In this document: piece by piece, positions 25,016 through 37,061 of the stretch
How positions within the stretch are numbered: position 1 is the stretch's first letter
How the letters are laid out: each line of letters opens with the position of its first letter
Assembly: GCA_977017645.1 (NCBI GenBank)
Contig: OZ360220.1
Coordinates: 30,504,001 to 30,568,000, forward strand
DNA from: Torpedo marmorata
Lineage: Eukaryota
DNA length: 64,000 bases
Direction of reading: 5' to 3'
The notes under the pieces: model-generated
What the model saw: the letters and a program-made list of their open reading frames with translations, nothing else
Databases searched by the model: none
Told to the model about the DNA's origin: nothing
Translations under genes and position numbers: made by a program

Positions 25016-25019
25016 TTTC

Positions 25020-26530
25020 TCAAGAGGTGGACAAGGCTGTTATTGCACCCTTCACATTCGGATTCACCTGTAGTGCTTCTCAGATCACTGTTCTCAGTGC
25101 ATCCCAAGTTCTATACACCAGCACATGCGTGTTCTTGACTTGGCTCTCCAAACCACCAAGTACTCCAGCTCACAATTTGGCGAGATCTGCAGTTCCACAT
25201 CATCTTTTGCCATTTTTGATTCTTTTTTCATTTTCAAGCATGAAAGATTGCAACTATCAAATTCTAATACTCCTCTGGATCTCTCTCTGAAACTGGCCCC
25301 ATCTCTCCCCCTCCTCATTTTCCCCCTTGCCATGCCTTCACTAAGCCTGTGATCTTGCATGATCTCAAGCTATCCGTCCTCAGCAAAAGCTTGATTTCCC
25401 TCCATCACCATCGCAATGAATTCTGAAGTCACTCCTTCCTCCGTCTTCACCATGCCTATATCTTTGGCCTGGACTGTTCAGTCTGGATAGTGACCCTTTT
25501 TCCAATCAGATCACTGACTTTCTGAAGGCTTCCACTGCACTCACTCGTTCTAACCTACTCACTGCCCACCACCAAACTTGCACATCTCTGCTCACTGAAC
25601 CAACCCCAACATTTGCAACAAGGGGCGGCAAGGTTAGCGTACCAGTTAACGCAACGCTGTTACAGCGCCAGCGACTGAGTTTCGAATCCGGCGCTGTCTG
25701 TACGGAGTTTGTACGTTCTCCCCGTGTCTGCGTGGGTTTCCTCTGCGTGCTCTGGTTTCCTCCCACCGTTCAAAACGTTCTGGGGGTTGTAGGTCAATTG
25801 GGTGTAATTGGGCGGCACGGGCTCGTGGGCCGAAGGGGCCTGTTACTGTGCTGTATGTCTAAATAAATTTAAAAAAATAAAACTGTTGAGTATGCAGTAC
25901 TGTTGTTGTTTGACAAGCTGACGTCTATCTGATAGAACATGGTCACCTGCCCTGCCACCCCCTCGTACCTCCTGAACCACAATCCCATCATCAAATGGCA
26001 GAGCATTAGTGTTGGGGTTTCAGTCATTGGCTTTGTTTACTCGATATTTTTTCCATCACAGCTCACTTTACATCTTCCCCAAGATCTACAAAATTCAGCC
26101 TATGCTTGTCCCGAGAACTCGGTTTTACATATGAAGATTCTCTTCTTTCTTTAGTCTGGCCCCTTCCCACTTACAACCATGACAGATTTGATACCCTCAG
26201 CCACTTTCCAAGTCCCAATCAGCTTATTTTGACCATGGATGTTCAATCCCTCCACACCGAAATAGCTAGAGAACTCTTCAATTCTTCCTGAAATAAAATG
26301 GCAACCGGTCCCCTCCACTAGAACCAGTCCTCACCTGGCTGAAGTCATCTTCACATTGACCAGCCTCCTTTAACTCCATCCCTTCCAAATCAGAAGCATA
26401 GCTGTTAGAACATGCATGGGTTCAAACTATACTCACTTCTTCTAGTTTATGTGGAATAGCTTCTGTTTCAACCTAACTTGGATCCCTCACTCATCCCTTT
26501 TTTAAATGCATTAATTACCACCTCGGTGCA
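25020..26530 (+). mobile_element. Highly decayed Penelope-like element (RT remnant), interrupted by a SINE
   Basis: ILTMDVQSLHT at ~26230 matches the Penelope RT motif FTMDVQSLYT of the copy at 53504-55024. Confidence 0.55.
25621..25865 (+). mobile_element. V-SINE (HE1-like), full-length
   Basis: ggggcggc head, B-box, V-domain ggagtttgtacgttctccccgtgtctgcgtgggtttcc, tail ctgtatgtctaaataaa. Confidence 0.9.
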
Positions 26531-26534
26531 GCTT

Positions 26535-27610
26535 CATTGTGTATATGGATTTCAGCAAGCCATTTGATAAGGTTTCGCATGGTAGGATGCTCTGGAAGGT
26601 TAGGTTGCATGTGATCCAAGGAGAGACAGCAGAATGGATAGAAAATTGGTTTCATGGAGGCAAGCAGAAGGTGATGGATGAAAGTTATTTTTCAGCCTGG
26701 AGGCCTGTGAGTAATTGTGTGCCTCAGGGTTTGGCCCATTGGTGTTTGACATCTATATCAATGATTTAGATGAAAACGTACATGGCGTAATTAGCAGGTC
26801 AGTGGGTGTCAATACGATGTCTGGTATTATAGATAGTGAAGACAGTTGCCAAAAATTGCAGCAGGATCTAGATTGGTTGAGCAGAGGAATGGTTGATGGA
26901 ATTTAATACAGAGAAATGTGATATGTGGCACTTTGTGAGGACTAATGTGGGTAGAGCCTACCCAGTGAAAGGTAGGGATCTGGGAGTACAGGTACATACT
27001 ACTTTGAAAGTGGAATCACAGGGAGATAGTGATAGGTTGGTCAAAAAGGCTTTCAGCACATTGGTGATTCACTAGAATGATACCAGGAATGAAAGAGTTA
27101 GTACACGAGGAATGATTGTCAACTCTGGGACTGTACTCGTTGGAGTACAGAAGGATGCGGGGTGGGAACCTCAGAGACGGTTCGAATGCTGAAAGGCCTG
27201 GACAGAGTAGGGGATTCTCTGACAAGAGGGCATAATTTCAGGATAAAAGGGCGTCAATTTAAAACAGAGATGCAGAAAAATTTCTTTAGTCAGAGGGTCG
27301 TGAGTCTGTGGAACTTGTTGCCACAGGCGGCTGTGGAAGCGAGGTCGTTGGGTGTATTTAAGGCAGAGATTGACAGGTATTTGATTAGTGAGGGCATCAT
27401 GAGTCACGGGGAGAAAGCCGGGGAGTGGGGCTGAGTGGGAGGATAGATCAGCTCATGATTAGAATGGCGGAGCAGACTTGATGGGCCAATGGGCCTAGTT
27501 CTGCTCCTATATTTTGTGATCGGCGTTTATCAGTCAGAGTACTGAGTATAGAAGTTGGGAGGTCACATTGTAGTTGCACAAGATGTTGATCAAGCCCCAT
27601 TTGGAGGATT
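26535..27610 (+). mobile_element. Decayed CR1 RT fragments, including a nested younger CR1 3' end (~27060-27520)
   Basis: YMDFSKPFDKVSHG, YINDLD and NFFSQRVVSLWNLLP motifs. Confidence 0.8.
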
Positions 27611-27611
27611 G

Positions 27612-28500
27612 TGCAATAAACAAGAGTGCTGAAGAAACTCAGCAGGTCATGCACCATTCATAGAACGTAAAAAGCAATGATTCAGGCCTGAGCCTTTTGT
27701 CAGCAATGTGGAAAACAGGTAACATCTTGAATAAAAAATGGAGGGGGGGGGGAGGCAGAAGGGGAAGGAGCATAGATTAACAGGCAAGAGGTGACAGGTG
27801 GATACAGGTGGAAGGGTAGGGGAGAAGCTGAGAAATTATGGTGGGAAGAGAGCAGCAGACTTGGAAGGTGAAGAAAGGAAAGGGGGTGGGGAGCTGGAGG
27901 AAAGGAGACAGAGGGGTGGGGAAAGAGAGACTGGGGGAAGGGGGTTGGGTTGAGAAATAGAAGTAGATGTTAATGCGATCTGGTTGGAGACTGCCGAGAC
28001 GAAATACAAGATGTTGTTTCTTCAATTTACGGGTGCCCTCCAATGGTTACGTGAGGCCATGGAGAGACATGTCGGTGTGGCAATGGTGTGTAGAATTATA
28101 ATGGGTGGCCACTGTGTCCTTGCTGTCGCAGCAGACAGAGCAAATGTGCTCACCGAAACTATCTCCCAGTCTACGTCTAGTCTCCCCGATGTAGAGAGGC
28201 TATATCAGGAGCACCAGATGCAGTAAATGACCCCTACAGATACGCAAGTGAAGTGTTGCTTTACTTGGAAGGACTGTTTGGCGCCCCAAATAGTGGTAAA
28301 GGAGGATGTGTAGGTGAAAGTGTAGTTCTTATTGTGGTCACAGAGGTAGGTACAAAGTGGGTGATTGCAGTGAAGGGATGAGTGGATGAGGGAGTCTCAG
28401 AAGGAACAATCCCTGTGGAAAGCAGAGGGGAAGCTGCTGGTGGGATCCCATTGTAGGTCGTGGAGATTGCAGAGAATAATATGTTGGATGTGGAGGCTCG
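27612..28500 (-). mobile_element. Penelope-like 3' fragment (GIY-YIG region and pLTR)
   Basis: TRKLKKQHLVFRLGSLQPD in ORF 27777-28043; homologous to 52851-53760. Confidence 0.8.
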
Positions 28501-28636
28501 AGTATCAGGTTCAGCTTTGGTGACCGTACTACAGGAAAGATGTTGTCAAGCTGGAGAAAGTGCAGAGATTTACAAGGATGTTGCCTGGACTTAATGGCCT
28601 GAGCTAAAGGGAGAGGTTGAGCAGGCTAGGGCTTTA

Positions 28637-29412
28637 TCAAGGTTCAAGCTTCCTTTTATTGTCACGTAACAATACATTAAAAATGTACCTTAATCTTTGT
28701 CTGCCGTAAGGCAAACAAAGTTGCCATGAGCCCAGCACCCCTAACAATAGGAGAAAAAAAAGCAAAAGAGAGTCCCTTCAGAGTCACTGAGTGTCCGTGG
28801 ATTCGCCTCCAGCGCTCCCGCAGCCTCTGCAGCCGCACAGACTCCAGTTCAAACCATCGGCAGCCGAGCTCCAGATCCAAACCTATGACACGGTCAGGAA
28901 GCCTTCAGCGCCCGAGGCCCTTTGGGAGCCCTTCTTGCCCTCAAGCACCCTCTCGAATCCCAGTTCCAATACTTGGTTCCCATGAGCCAGTCTCCAGCAG
29001 CCCACAGTCTGTGCAGGTGCCCTGACAGCAAGTCACCCGCAGCCTGTGTAGGTTCCTCAGCCGCTGAACCCTTCGCTGGTTTGCTGCCATGGTCACCGCC
29101 CTGTAGTGTCATCTCCCATGTTTCTCCTTCTCAAGTGGGGGGGGGGGGGGAGGACGTGATCTCGCTGTTTCTGGTACCCTGCTGCTCCCCTGGAGTCTGT
29201 AATCCCTCGTGGCAGCTGCCGAGAACAGGCGCCGCCATCTTGGGCACAGACCTTGTGATTGCAGGATTTTACTTACAAACACCATCCTTTCACAGGCTGT
29301 TTAAAGCCTGTAATGGAGCCTTCGGCATTAGCACCGAGCGGTTGAACCCTTCAGAGCATCGCTGTGTCTCCGCTCTCCCGGGTCTGCACCAGCAGCAGCA
29401 CCGCCATTTTTT
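28637..29412 (-). mobile_element. GC-rich non-autonomous retroposon, copy C, inside a CR1 3' fragment
   Basis: Same head (aaaatggcgg), internal aagatggcgg and tgacaataaa tail as copies B and E. Confidence 0.75.
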
Positions 29413-29829
29413 TTTGGCGTGCAGGGGGACGAGGGGTGATCTTCAAGATATTCAAAACCATGAGAGGAATAGATCAGGTGAACGCAGAGTCTTTTGCCCA
29501 GAGTAGAGGAAATTGGTAATCAGAGGATCAAAGGACATAGTTTAAGGTGAGGAGAGGGGGTGGTGGTGGGAAAGAGATTCAATGAGAACTTGAGGGGTAA
29601 CTTTTTTTTTTTTATTTTATTTTTTTTATAAACTACACAGAGGGTGGTGAGTGTATGGAACTGGCTGCCAGAGGAGGTGGTTGAGGCAGGTACTATATTG
29701 AAATATTTGGCCAGATACATGAATAAGTTTAAAGGGATATGGGCCAAACACAGGCAGGTAGGTCTGGCCAGGACCTTCTTGGCCTAGCCAGGACGTGGCT
29801 GGCACATTTTGGGCCATATCTCCACACTG

Positions 29830-31525
29830 TGTGACTTTAGCACACCTGAAGAAGGATATTCACTCACTATACCTAACCAAAGGATTTTTTTCGTTCAGAA
29901 TGATCCTCTGGAATAAAAGCTATGGTTTAGCACCTAGTTTCTTGGCAAAACTTTAATTAAAAATGCTGACGAGAGGTGGCATCCTGTATAACTAATGAAT
30001 TATTTTTGAACAATTCACCTCAGAAAGCAACAGAAGAACGTTGGTGGCAGAACCTGGAGGCAAGCCGTGAACACAAGGTCCAGCTCCTTAAACTTGGCGG
30101 CAAAGCAAGTCAGAGAGTGTCCTGACATCATGGTGGAGAAAGCTGACAACGTTGACCTAAAGAAAGACACACAACTAAATCTTGCCATACTTTTAAAGCA
30201 GCAGTGTTACATCATGAATATCAAGATACAATGAGATACCCAATAAAAATAATTTTAGTTTCTAAAAATTTGTATCCAATTCTGATGCTTGCTTTTTTTA
30301 AAAAAAGGATGCAAGTCTCACCACAAGGAAGCAGATGTAATTGTTGTCTCTTGGTCTAGGTGTTGGTGAAATAAAGTGTTGAGAGGTGATTAGACATCCA
30401 ACATTTATTCCAACTCGTATCTGAAGCTTAATTTTAATTGATCTGCAAAAATTTACTCGCAAAGAATCAAGTAAAGTCAAACCTTTTGTGAGCAACTGAA
30501 GAATTCATGAGTATTAACTTTTTATCCTGGGACATGTTCACTATATTATTACCAAAAGATGTTAACTCTGGGTTCCATAAACATCGACACAATATTGTTG
30601 CTTCTGACTTTGTTTTCCTTGCATAAAAGCAGAAAGTGTTGCATTCCGCCAATCTTTAATGATGAATTTTGCATTAATTCATTAGTCACAATGCACTGAA
30701 ATGTAAAGAACAGTAACTTCACTAAAAGAGTGTTGTTTAGCAGATAGTATTTACCGTATATACTCATGCAATAGTCGAGTTTTGGGGACCAATTTTTCGG
30801 GTCATATTGGGGGGGGGTGGACTTTTACACGGATACTACTTTTGACTGCTGTAAGTACTGTACCTGCATCGTTCAAGGCGTCGGGAGCTCGGATGGGTGG
30901 GCAGCTGGGGCGAGGATCTGCTGTTGGGCGTCAGGAGCTCGGATGGGCAGGCAGCCAGAGCAAGAATCCGCGGTCGGGACGTCAGGAGCTCCAGTGGGCG
31001 GTGTCCGGGGCGAGGATCCGCGGTTGGGGCGTCAGGAGCTCGGATGGGCAGGCGATCAGGAGCTCGGATGGTCGGGTGGTCAGGGCTAAAAATAGGGGGG
31101 GTCAACTTTTACAATGGATCGACTATTACACGAGTATATACGGTAAATATGGACAATGTGTATATTGTCCATCACATTTTGAATTAACTCCTTGCATACG
31201 AAGGATGTCCATGTACAAAGTTAACAACAGATACAAATCATGAAGTAACATTCCGAACAAGGAGAATGATAATACACAAAGAAGGAAATCATAGGTATGT
31301 TTTCACTGGCAGAAGGAGTGTTAAACAGTTGTAAATATTAGGTGACTTGCAATTAGACAGAAGTGGGGAAGGAAGAGTTTTCTTCTTTTGCAGCAAACAT
31401 GAGCAGCACAAAGAGCATCTTGGCTTTTCTGTAGTGCCTTCACAAATTTCAGTGACAAATAATTCCTTCTGAAGTGCACACAAAAATATTTATTCATTAG
31501 AGTCATTTGTACAAGCAGCATCTTA
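29830..31525 (-). other. Unique (non-repeat) sequence with possible minus-strand exons or pseudo-exons
   Basis: AG/GT-bounded blocks at ~30019-30157 (ctttag/gtcaac ... gag/gtgaat) and ~30321-30695 (tttcag ... gtg/gtgaga). The larger block has stops in all three frames; no protein recognised. Confidence 0.25.
30754..31143. mobile_element. Tc1/mariner-type MITE with internal GC-rich tandem repeats
   Basis: TIRs ccgtatatactc...gagtatatacgg, TA on both sides, internal (gtcaggagctcggatggg) repeats. Confidence 0.85.
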
Positions 31526-31529
31526 ACAA

Positions 31530-31958
31530 AAAAATGGTGACGCTGCTGTAACGGCAGCACTGCTGCAGGTGTTGGACATGGGAGAGCGGAGACACAACGC
31601 TGCTCTGAAGGGTTCAACTGCCTGGTTTCTAATGCCGACGGCTTCGTACAGACTTTAAACGGCCTGATGGTGTTGCAAGTAAAATCCTGCAACCGCGGAG
31701 GTCTGTACCCAAGATGGCGGCGCCTGTGCTCGGCAGCGGCCACGAGGGGTTACAGACTCCAGGGGAGCAGCGGACTGGCGTAGGGCACCAGAAACGGAGA
31801 ACAGCCCCACTGAGGAGAGCTGAGGGCAAGAAGGACTCCCGATGGCTTCCTGATCATGTCGGACGTTTGGATCTGGAGCTCAGGTTGCCGATGAATCAAA
31901 CAGGAGTCTGCGTGGCTGCAGAGGCTGCGGGAAACGCTGGAGGCGGATCCACAGACAT
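31530..31958 (+). mobile_element. GC-rich non-autonomous retroposon, copy D (5' half), interrupted by the Harbinger-type end
   Basis: Homologous to copy C; sequence breaks at gacatt/agccc. Confidence 0.7.
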
Positions 31959-31959
31959 T

Positions 31960-32226
31960 AGCCCTTTTTACACTGAAAAGCTGCGTTACTGCCGTCTACA
32001 CGACCCGTCTCTGGAAGTCAGGTTGCTTGTTCGCATAGAACAGAAAAAAGCCGGCTCCGTGAGTCCTTTTACACAGCAAGCCGGCTTCCGGGAGCAAAAG
32101 AGGCGGGACGTGTAGTACAGCAGCGTCGGCATCTAGTGTGAAGTAAAACATACGCACCCGGAAGTGTCATTGCTTGTGCACTCAAAATGGCGGTGGAACA
32201 GCAGATGCGTTTGCTAGCCTTGTACA
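31960..32226. mobile_element. Second copy (one end) of the Harbinger-type element, running into the assembly gap
   Basis: 31960-~32140 is a diverged reverse complement of ~11960-12129. Preceded by ATT. Confidence 0.75.
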
Positions 32227-32326
32227 NNNNNNNNNNNNNNNNNNNNNNNNNNNNNNNNNNNNNNNNNNNNNNNNNNNNNNNNNNNNNNNNNNNNNNNNNN
32301 NNNNNNNNNNNNNNNNNNNNNNNNNN
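32227..32326. other. Assembly gap (100 N)
   Basis: Run of n. Confidence 1.
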
Positions 32327-32680
32327 CCTCCCCCCTCCTCCCCCCTCCTCCCCCCTCCTCCCCTCCTCCCCCCTTCCCCCTCCTCCCCCCTTCCCCCTCC
32401 TCCTCCCCCCCTTCCCACCTCCTCCCCCCCTTCCCCCCTCCTCCCCCCTTCCCCCCTCCTCCCCCCTTCCCCCCCCTTCCCCCCTCCCCCCCTTCCCCCC
32501 TTCCCCCCTCCCCCCCCTCCTCCTCCCCCCTCCCCCCCTCCCCCCACCCCCTTCCCTTACCTCCACCACCCCCCCCTACCTCCACCTCCACCCCCACCCC
32601 CACCCCCACCCCCACCTCCACCCCCACCCCCACCCCCACCCCCACCCCCACCACCTCCCACTCCCACTCCCACTACCTCC
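32327..32680. repeat. C-rich low-complexity tract (CCT/CCC and CACCCC repeats)
   Basis: Directly visible; gives spurious poly-Pro and poly-Gly ORFs. Confidence 0.95.
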
Positions 32681-32689
32681 TCCGTGCAA

Positions 32690-33360
32690 CCTGACTTCAG
32701 TCGGTACCGACCATTACCACATTACGCGCTCATTCCCCCTGACCTCCCCACTGCCCCCAGATGGGGGCTTAAACATGGTTCGTTGTGCCCTCAACCTCCC
32801 GGCCAGCGTCACTCACAGCGGGCGGGTAGACATCCTTTCACTCACTTATCCCCAACGCACCGCGGTGCCGGCTGGAAGTTGTAGTTGCCACCAAAGGCCA
32901 GAATTCACCGCGTTGACCTTTCTTTGACCTCCCCTTCGCCGACCGACGGTTGATGGACGGAACAAGCATCCAATTACCCGCCTCCAATCGGCGGGAAGAG
33001 TCGTTGAGAGAGGGTGGGTCTGACCACGGCCCGGTCACGTGAGAGCGCCGTCCTCCACCCATCATCCCCTTCATATACCTGGAGCTTAGTGGGGGCTTTC
33101 TCTTTGGAATGGTGACTGAATTTTATTGTTATTTTCTTATTCTTTCGGTTTAGTCATTGTTGTGTTTTAGTAATATTGGTGCGTGCTTGTGTCCCGGTTC
33201 AGGTGGAAGTGTTTAGCGGTGGTTTTCTGAGCCGTGTCCCGGTCAGGCCGGCTTGTCCTGCCCAGTCCTGGGTTGTTTGCTTCGCTGTCCTGACGGACGT
33301 CCTCAACCCGGGCCAGGCCTGAGTCGGTGTTTTCGCTGCCTTCACCCTTGTACACGAGGG
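32690..33360. promoter_or_regulatory. CpG-rich housekeeping-type promoter, possibly bidirectional
   Basis: Non-repeat, CpG-dense. ACTACAACTTCCAGC (ZNF143/THAP11-like; minus, 32871-32885), CCAAT at 32970 and 32984, GGCGGGAA (E2F-like) at 32990, GGTCACGTGA E-box at 33033-33042. Confidence 0.65.
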
Positions 33361-33787
33361 AATCTGGGGAGGGGGGTTGTCTTAACTCCTCCTTGTTCTC
33401 GTCCAGAGAGTAGTTCTTGTTAAACTGAGGTCGAGGTTCAAAAGCGAAAGAAAAATGTTGGAAGTATTCAGCAAGTTGTTCAGTGAAACGTAGATAGTCT
33501 CTTCCAGCATTGCAATTAATGTTTTAAGTCACGGGGTGCATATTTGTCATTATGCTGAAGGTTGGCTTCTTTGTTTTAAAAATATTTTCAGCTTTGAAAG
33601 TTTGTATGATTATATTCAAACGGTTTTTCTTTACTTTTAATGTTTCACTTTCAAAGATATGCTGTTATTAAATAGGATTGCTGTAGGAAAGTTGTGCACG
33701 TATACTCTAGAAATAAAATCTTTCTGAAAGAAAGGATGCATTCACTGTAAATCTATGTTTCACATATAATGCAACCATAAAGTAAAA

Positions 33788-34020
33788 CATCAGAATTTAT
33801 TGTCATGAAATTCGGTGTTTTGCGGCAGCATCATAGTGCAATTAACATTCATATTAACCATCTAACGACATTACTATAAAAAATTATAAACAATAGTGCA
33901 CGAAAAGTAAGGCAGTGTCTTTGGTTCATTGATTATTCAGGAATCTGATGGCAGCGGGGAAGAAGCTGTCCTTGTGCCGTTGAGTGCTCGTCTTCAGGCT
34001 CCTGTACCTTTTCCCCGATG
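33788..34020 (-). mobile_element. Rex1/Babar 3' end fragment
   Basis: Homologous to 24400-24630. Confidence 0.75.
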
Positions 34021-34091
34021 CACTGTGGTTGAAGTGAAAACACAATGCTGGAGAATGAAGGGCTCAAGCCTGAAACGTTGGTTATGTATAC

Positions 34092-35032
34092 AACACTACA
34101 ACACAGTTCAGGCCCTTTGGCCCTCGATGTTGTGCCGACACATTTTTTTTCAAAAAAAGTACTAAACCCTCCCTACCTCATAACCCTCTATTTTTCTTCC
34201 ATCCATGTGCCTGTCTAAGAATCTCTTAAATGCCCCTAATGTTTCAGCCTCCACCACCATCCCTGGCAAGGCATTCCAGGCAGCCACAACTATCTGTGAA
34301 AAACTTACCCCTGATGTCTTCCCTAAACTTCCCTCCCTTCACTTTGTACATATGTCCTCTGGTGTTTGCTATTCCTGCCCTGGGAAACAGGCGCTGGCTG
34401 TCCACCCTATCTATGCTTCTCATAATCTTGTAGACCTCTATCAAATCTCCTCTCATCCTCCTTCGCTCCAAAGAGAAAAGTCCCAGCTCTGCTAACCTTG
34501 CCTCATTAGACTTATTTTCCAATCCAGGCAACACCTTGGTAAATTTCCTCTGCACCCTCTCCATAGCTTCTACATCCTTCCTATAATGAGGTGACCAGAA
34601 CTGAACACAATACTCTTAAGTGTGGTCTCACCAGAGATTTGTAGAGTTGCAACATGAGCTCTCTACTATTGAACTCAATCCCCCATTAATGAAACACAGC
34701 ATCCCATAGGCCTTCTTAACTATCCTATCAACCTGTGCGGTAACCTTGAGGAATGTATGGATTTGGACCCCAAGGTCCCTCTGTTCATCCACACTCTTAA
34801 GTAACCGACCATTAACCCTGTACTCAGCCTTCTGGTTTGTCCTTCCAAAATGCATCACCTCACACTTATCTGGATGAACTCCATCTGCCACTTCTTTGCC
34901 CAACTCTGCATTCTGTCTACATCCTCTTGTAACCTTCGACAGCCTTCAGCTCCATCCACAACTCCTCCAACCTTCATATCATCTGCAAACTCACTGACCC
35001 ATCTTTCCGCCCCTTCATCCAGGTCATTTATA
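34092..35032 (-). mobile_element. CR1 3' fragment inserted in a short Penelope pLTR (34021-34090 and 35033-35100)
   Basis: ORFs 34244-34564, 34628-34903 and 34855-35088 are CR1 RT C-terminal pieces. The flanks join into gaagggctcaagcctgaaacgttggttatgtat/ctttatctttgc. Confidence 0.85.
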
Positions 35033-35779
35033 ATCTTTATCTTTGCAATATAAAGTATACCGTTTAACCTGCTGAGTTTCTCCACCATTGTGTTTTAACA
35101 TGTAACCATAAAATCGGGTCCAAATCAGAAACTGGTGTAACAATTAGTTAAAAGCAAAAAGGGATCCACTCAGTCCGGTGTTCACATTTTGAAAGAGCTA
35201 TTTTCTTGAGTTCAGCTTGGGAAGATGCTGTGTATGGACCAGATTCCTTTTAAAAGTTTTTCTTTCATAGGTAATATACTTAAATTTAGTGCTATTGAAC
35301 ATTCTTCCAATGCCTCCAAATGCCATCTGATTACTGTTCTCACTCTATTTGAATATTAATTTATTTTTCCATTGTTTTTTTTCCCAAAGTGCATAGCTTT
35401 TTTTTTACTCTTCCCAACTGCTTGCCCAAAATAGGCTCAGTCGGCTGAATGGCCATCCTTTGTAACCCAGTATCTGCAGACTTTCTTGTTTTACTCTAAT
35501 TAATTAATTATTCTTGTTTCATTGTTTACCAGTTATAAAACAGCCTGCTCCCTGATTGGTTCCCCAATGTGTTGGTCCAAGAAACTATCATGATAACACT
35601 CTGAATTTTGTCTTCAAGCCTACCCTTGCCAATCTGATTGATCTAATTTTGACGATAATAAGTTTTTTTATTATTATTACACTACTTTTCTTACAAATCA
35701 CATTATTTATTGATGTGTACCTTTCTACAGTATAGTAAGTGTGAAGAAGCAGGGAGGGATAAAAATCACTGGTAGTAGT

Positions 35780-36880
35780 GAAAGTAAAAACAGAAATGCT
35801 GGAAGAACTCAGTAGGTCTCGCAGCGTCCATAGGAGGTAAAGATGTTTTTTAATTGTTACTAATTTGGGCCTGAACCCTTATTCAAGGTTTGAGCAAAAG
35901 CAGGCAGGTTCGTGAAAAAAAGAAATGACAGGGGGTGGAGTACAGACCAACAGACAAAAGGTGTTAATGGGATATGGAGAAGAGGCCAGGAGAGAGGAAA
36001 GGTGAGAATTGATTGGGGGAGAGGGGTAGTTTTGGCTCTGTGAATGCAGAACTAGGAAGGGAATGGGGCGGGGAATTGAAATGGGTTGGCCACTGGGAGA
36101 TTCCCGCTATTGCAGCGGACAGAGCCGAGGTGCTCAATGAAGTGATCTCCCAGTCTGCGCCCAGTGTCTCTGATGTAGAGGAGACCACAACAGGAGCACC
36201 CCTGCAGATTCACAAGTGAAGTGTTGCTTCACTTAAAAGGACTGTTTGAGGCTCTGAATGGTGGTGAGGGACGATGTGTGGGTGCAAGTGGAGCACCTCC
36301 TGCGGTCACGGGTAAGTGCCAAGGCAATTGGTTGGAAGATGGAGTTGACGAGGAAGTCACGGAAAGAGCGATCCCTCCAGAAGGCAGAGAGGGGAAGAGC
36401 AGGGAAGATGTATGGTGGTGGGATCACATAGTAGGTGGCAGAAATATTGGATGCGGAGGCTGGTGGGGTGGTAGGTGAGGACAAGGGAATCCTGTCCTTG
36501 TTGCTCATGGGGGTGGAGGGGGCCAAGGCAGATGAGCAGGAAATGGAGGAGATGTGGGTAAGGCAGTAGAGGGGAAGCCACATTTTTGGAAGGAGGACAT
36601 CTCGGATGACCTGGACTGGAAGACCTCTGGAGCAGATACGACAGAGATGGGGAATTGAGAGAAAGGAATAGAATCCTTGCAGAGGACTGGGTGTGAAGAA
36701 GTGTAGTCGAGGTAGTTGTGGGAGTCGGTGGATTTGAAGAAGATATCTGCCGAAAGTTTGCCTTCTGAGAAGGAGACGCAGAGATCGAGAAAGGGGACGG
36801 TGTTGCTAGAGATGGAGCAACTAAATTTGAGGCCGGGGTGAAAGTTGGCAGAAAATTGGATAAAGTAGAGAACAGGCCTT
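35780..36880 (-). mobile_element. Penelope-like element 3' fragment
   Basis: VPFLDLCVS, DSHNYLDYTSSHP and CKDSIPFSQ in ORF 36505-36894; pLTR at 35780-35890. Confidence 0.85.
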
Positions 36881-37061
36881 GTATCTCCACCCAAACAGGT
36901 TCTGCATCATGAATGTCTGAGTTAATATTGTTCTTCACCACAGCACTGCCTCCGTTTCCTTCTTTCCAAACTCTTCAGTGCCCCTGAATGTTCAATTCTC
37001 AGCCTGTCACCTTAGTCATGTCTGCAATGGTTGCCAGATCATACCTATATATTTCTATTTT

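Noticed and set aside
25621-25700. tRNA genes at SINE heads (also 14850, 40605, 44538, 48436)
   Set aside because: tRNA-derived SINE heads fused to a V-domain; no complete cloverleaf.
30298-30495. LQIRVGINVG as an adenylyl/guanylyl cyclase motif
   Set aside because: Surrounding residues do not follow the cyclase consensus; too short to support.
32069-32927. Poly-Pro/poly-Gly ORFs (formin- or extensin-like)
   Set aside because: Low-complexity tract spanning an N gap.
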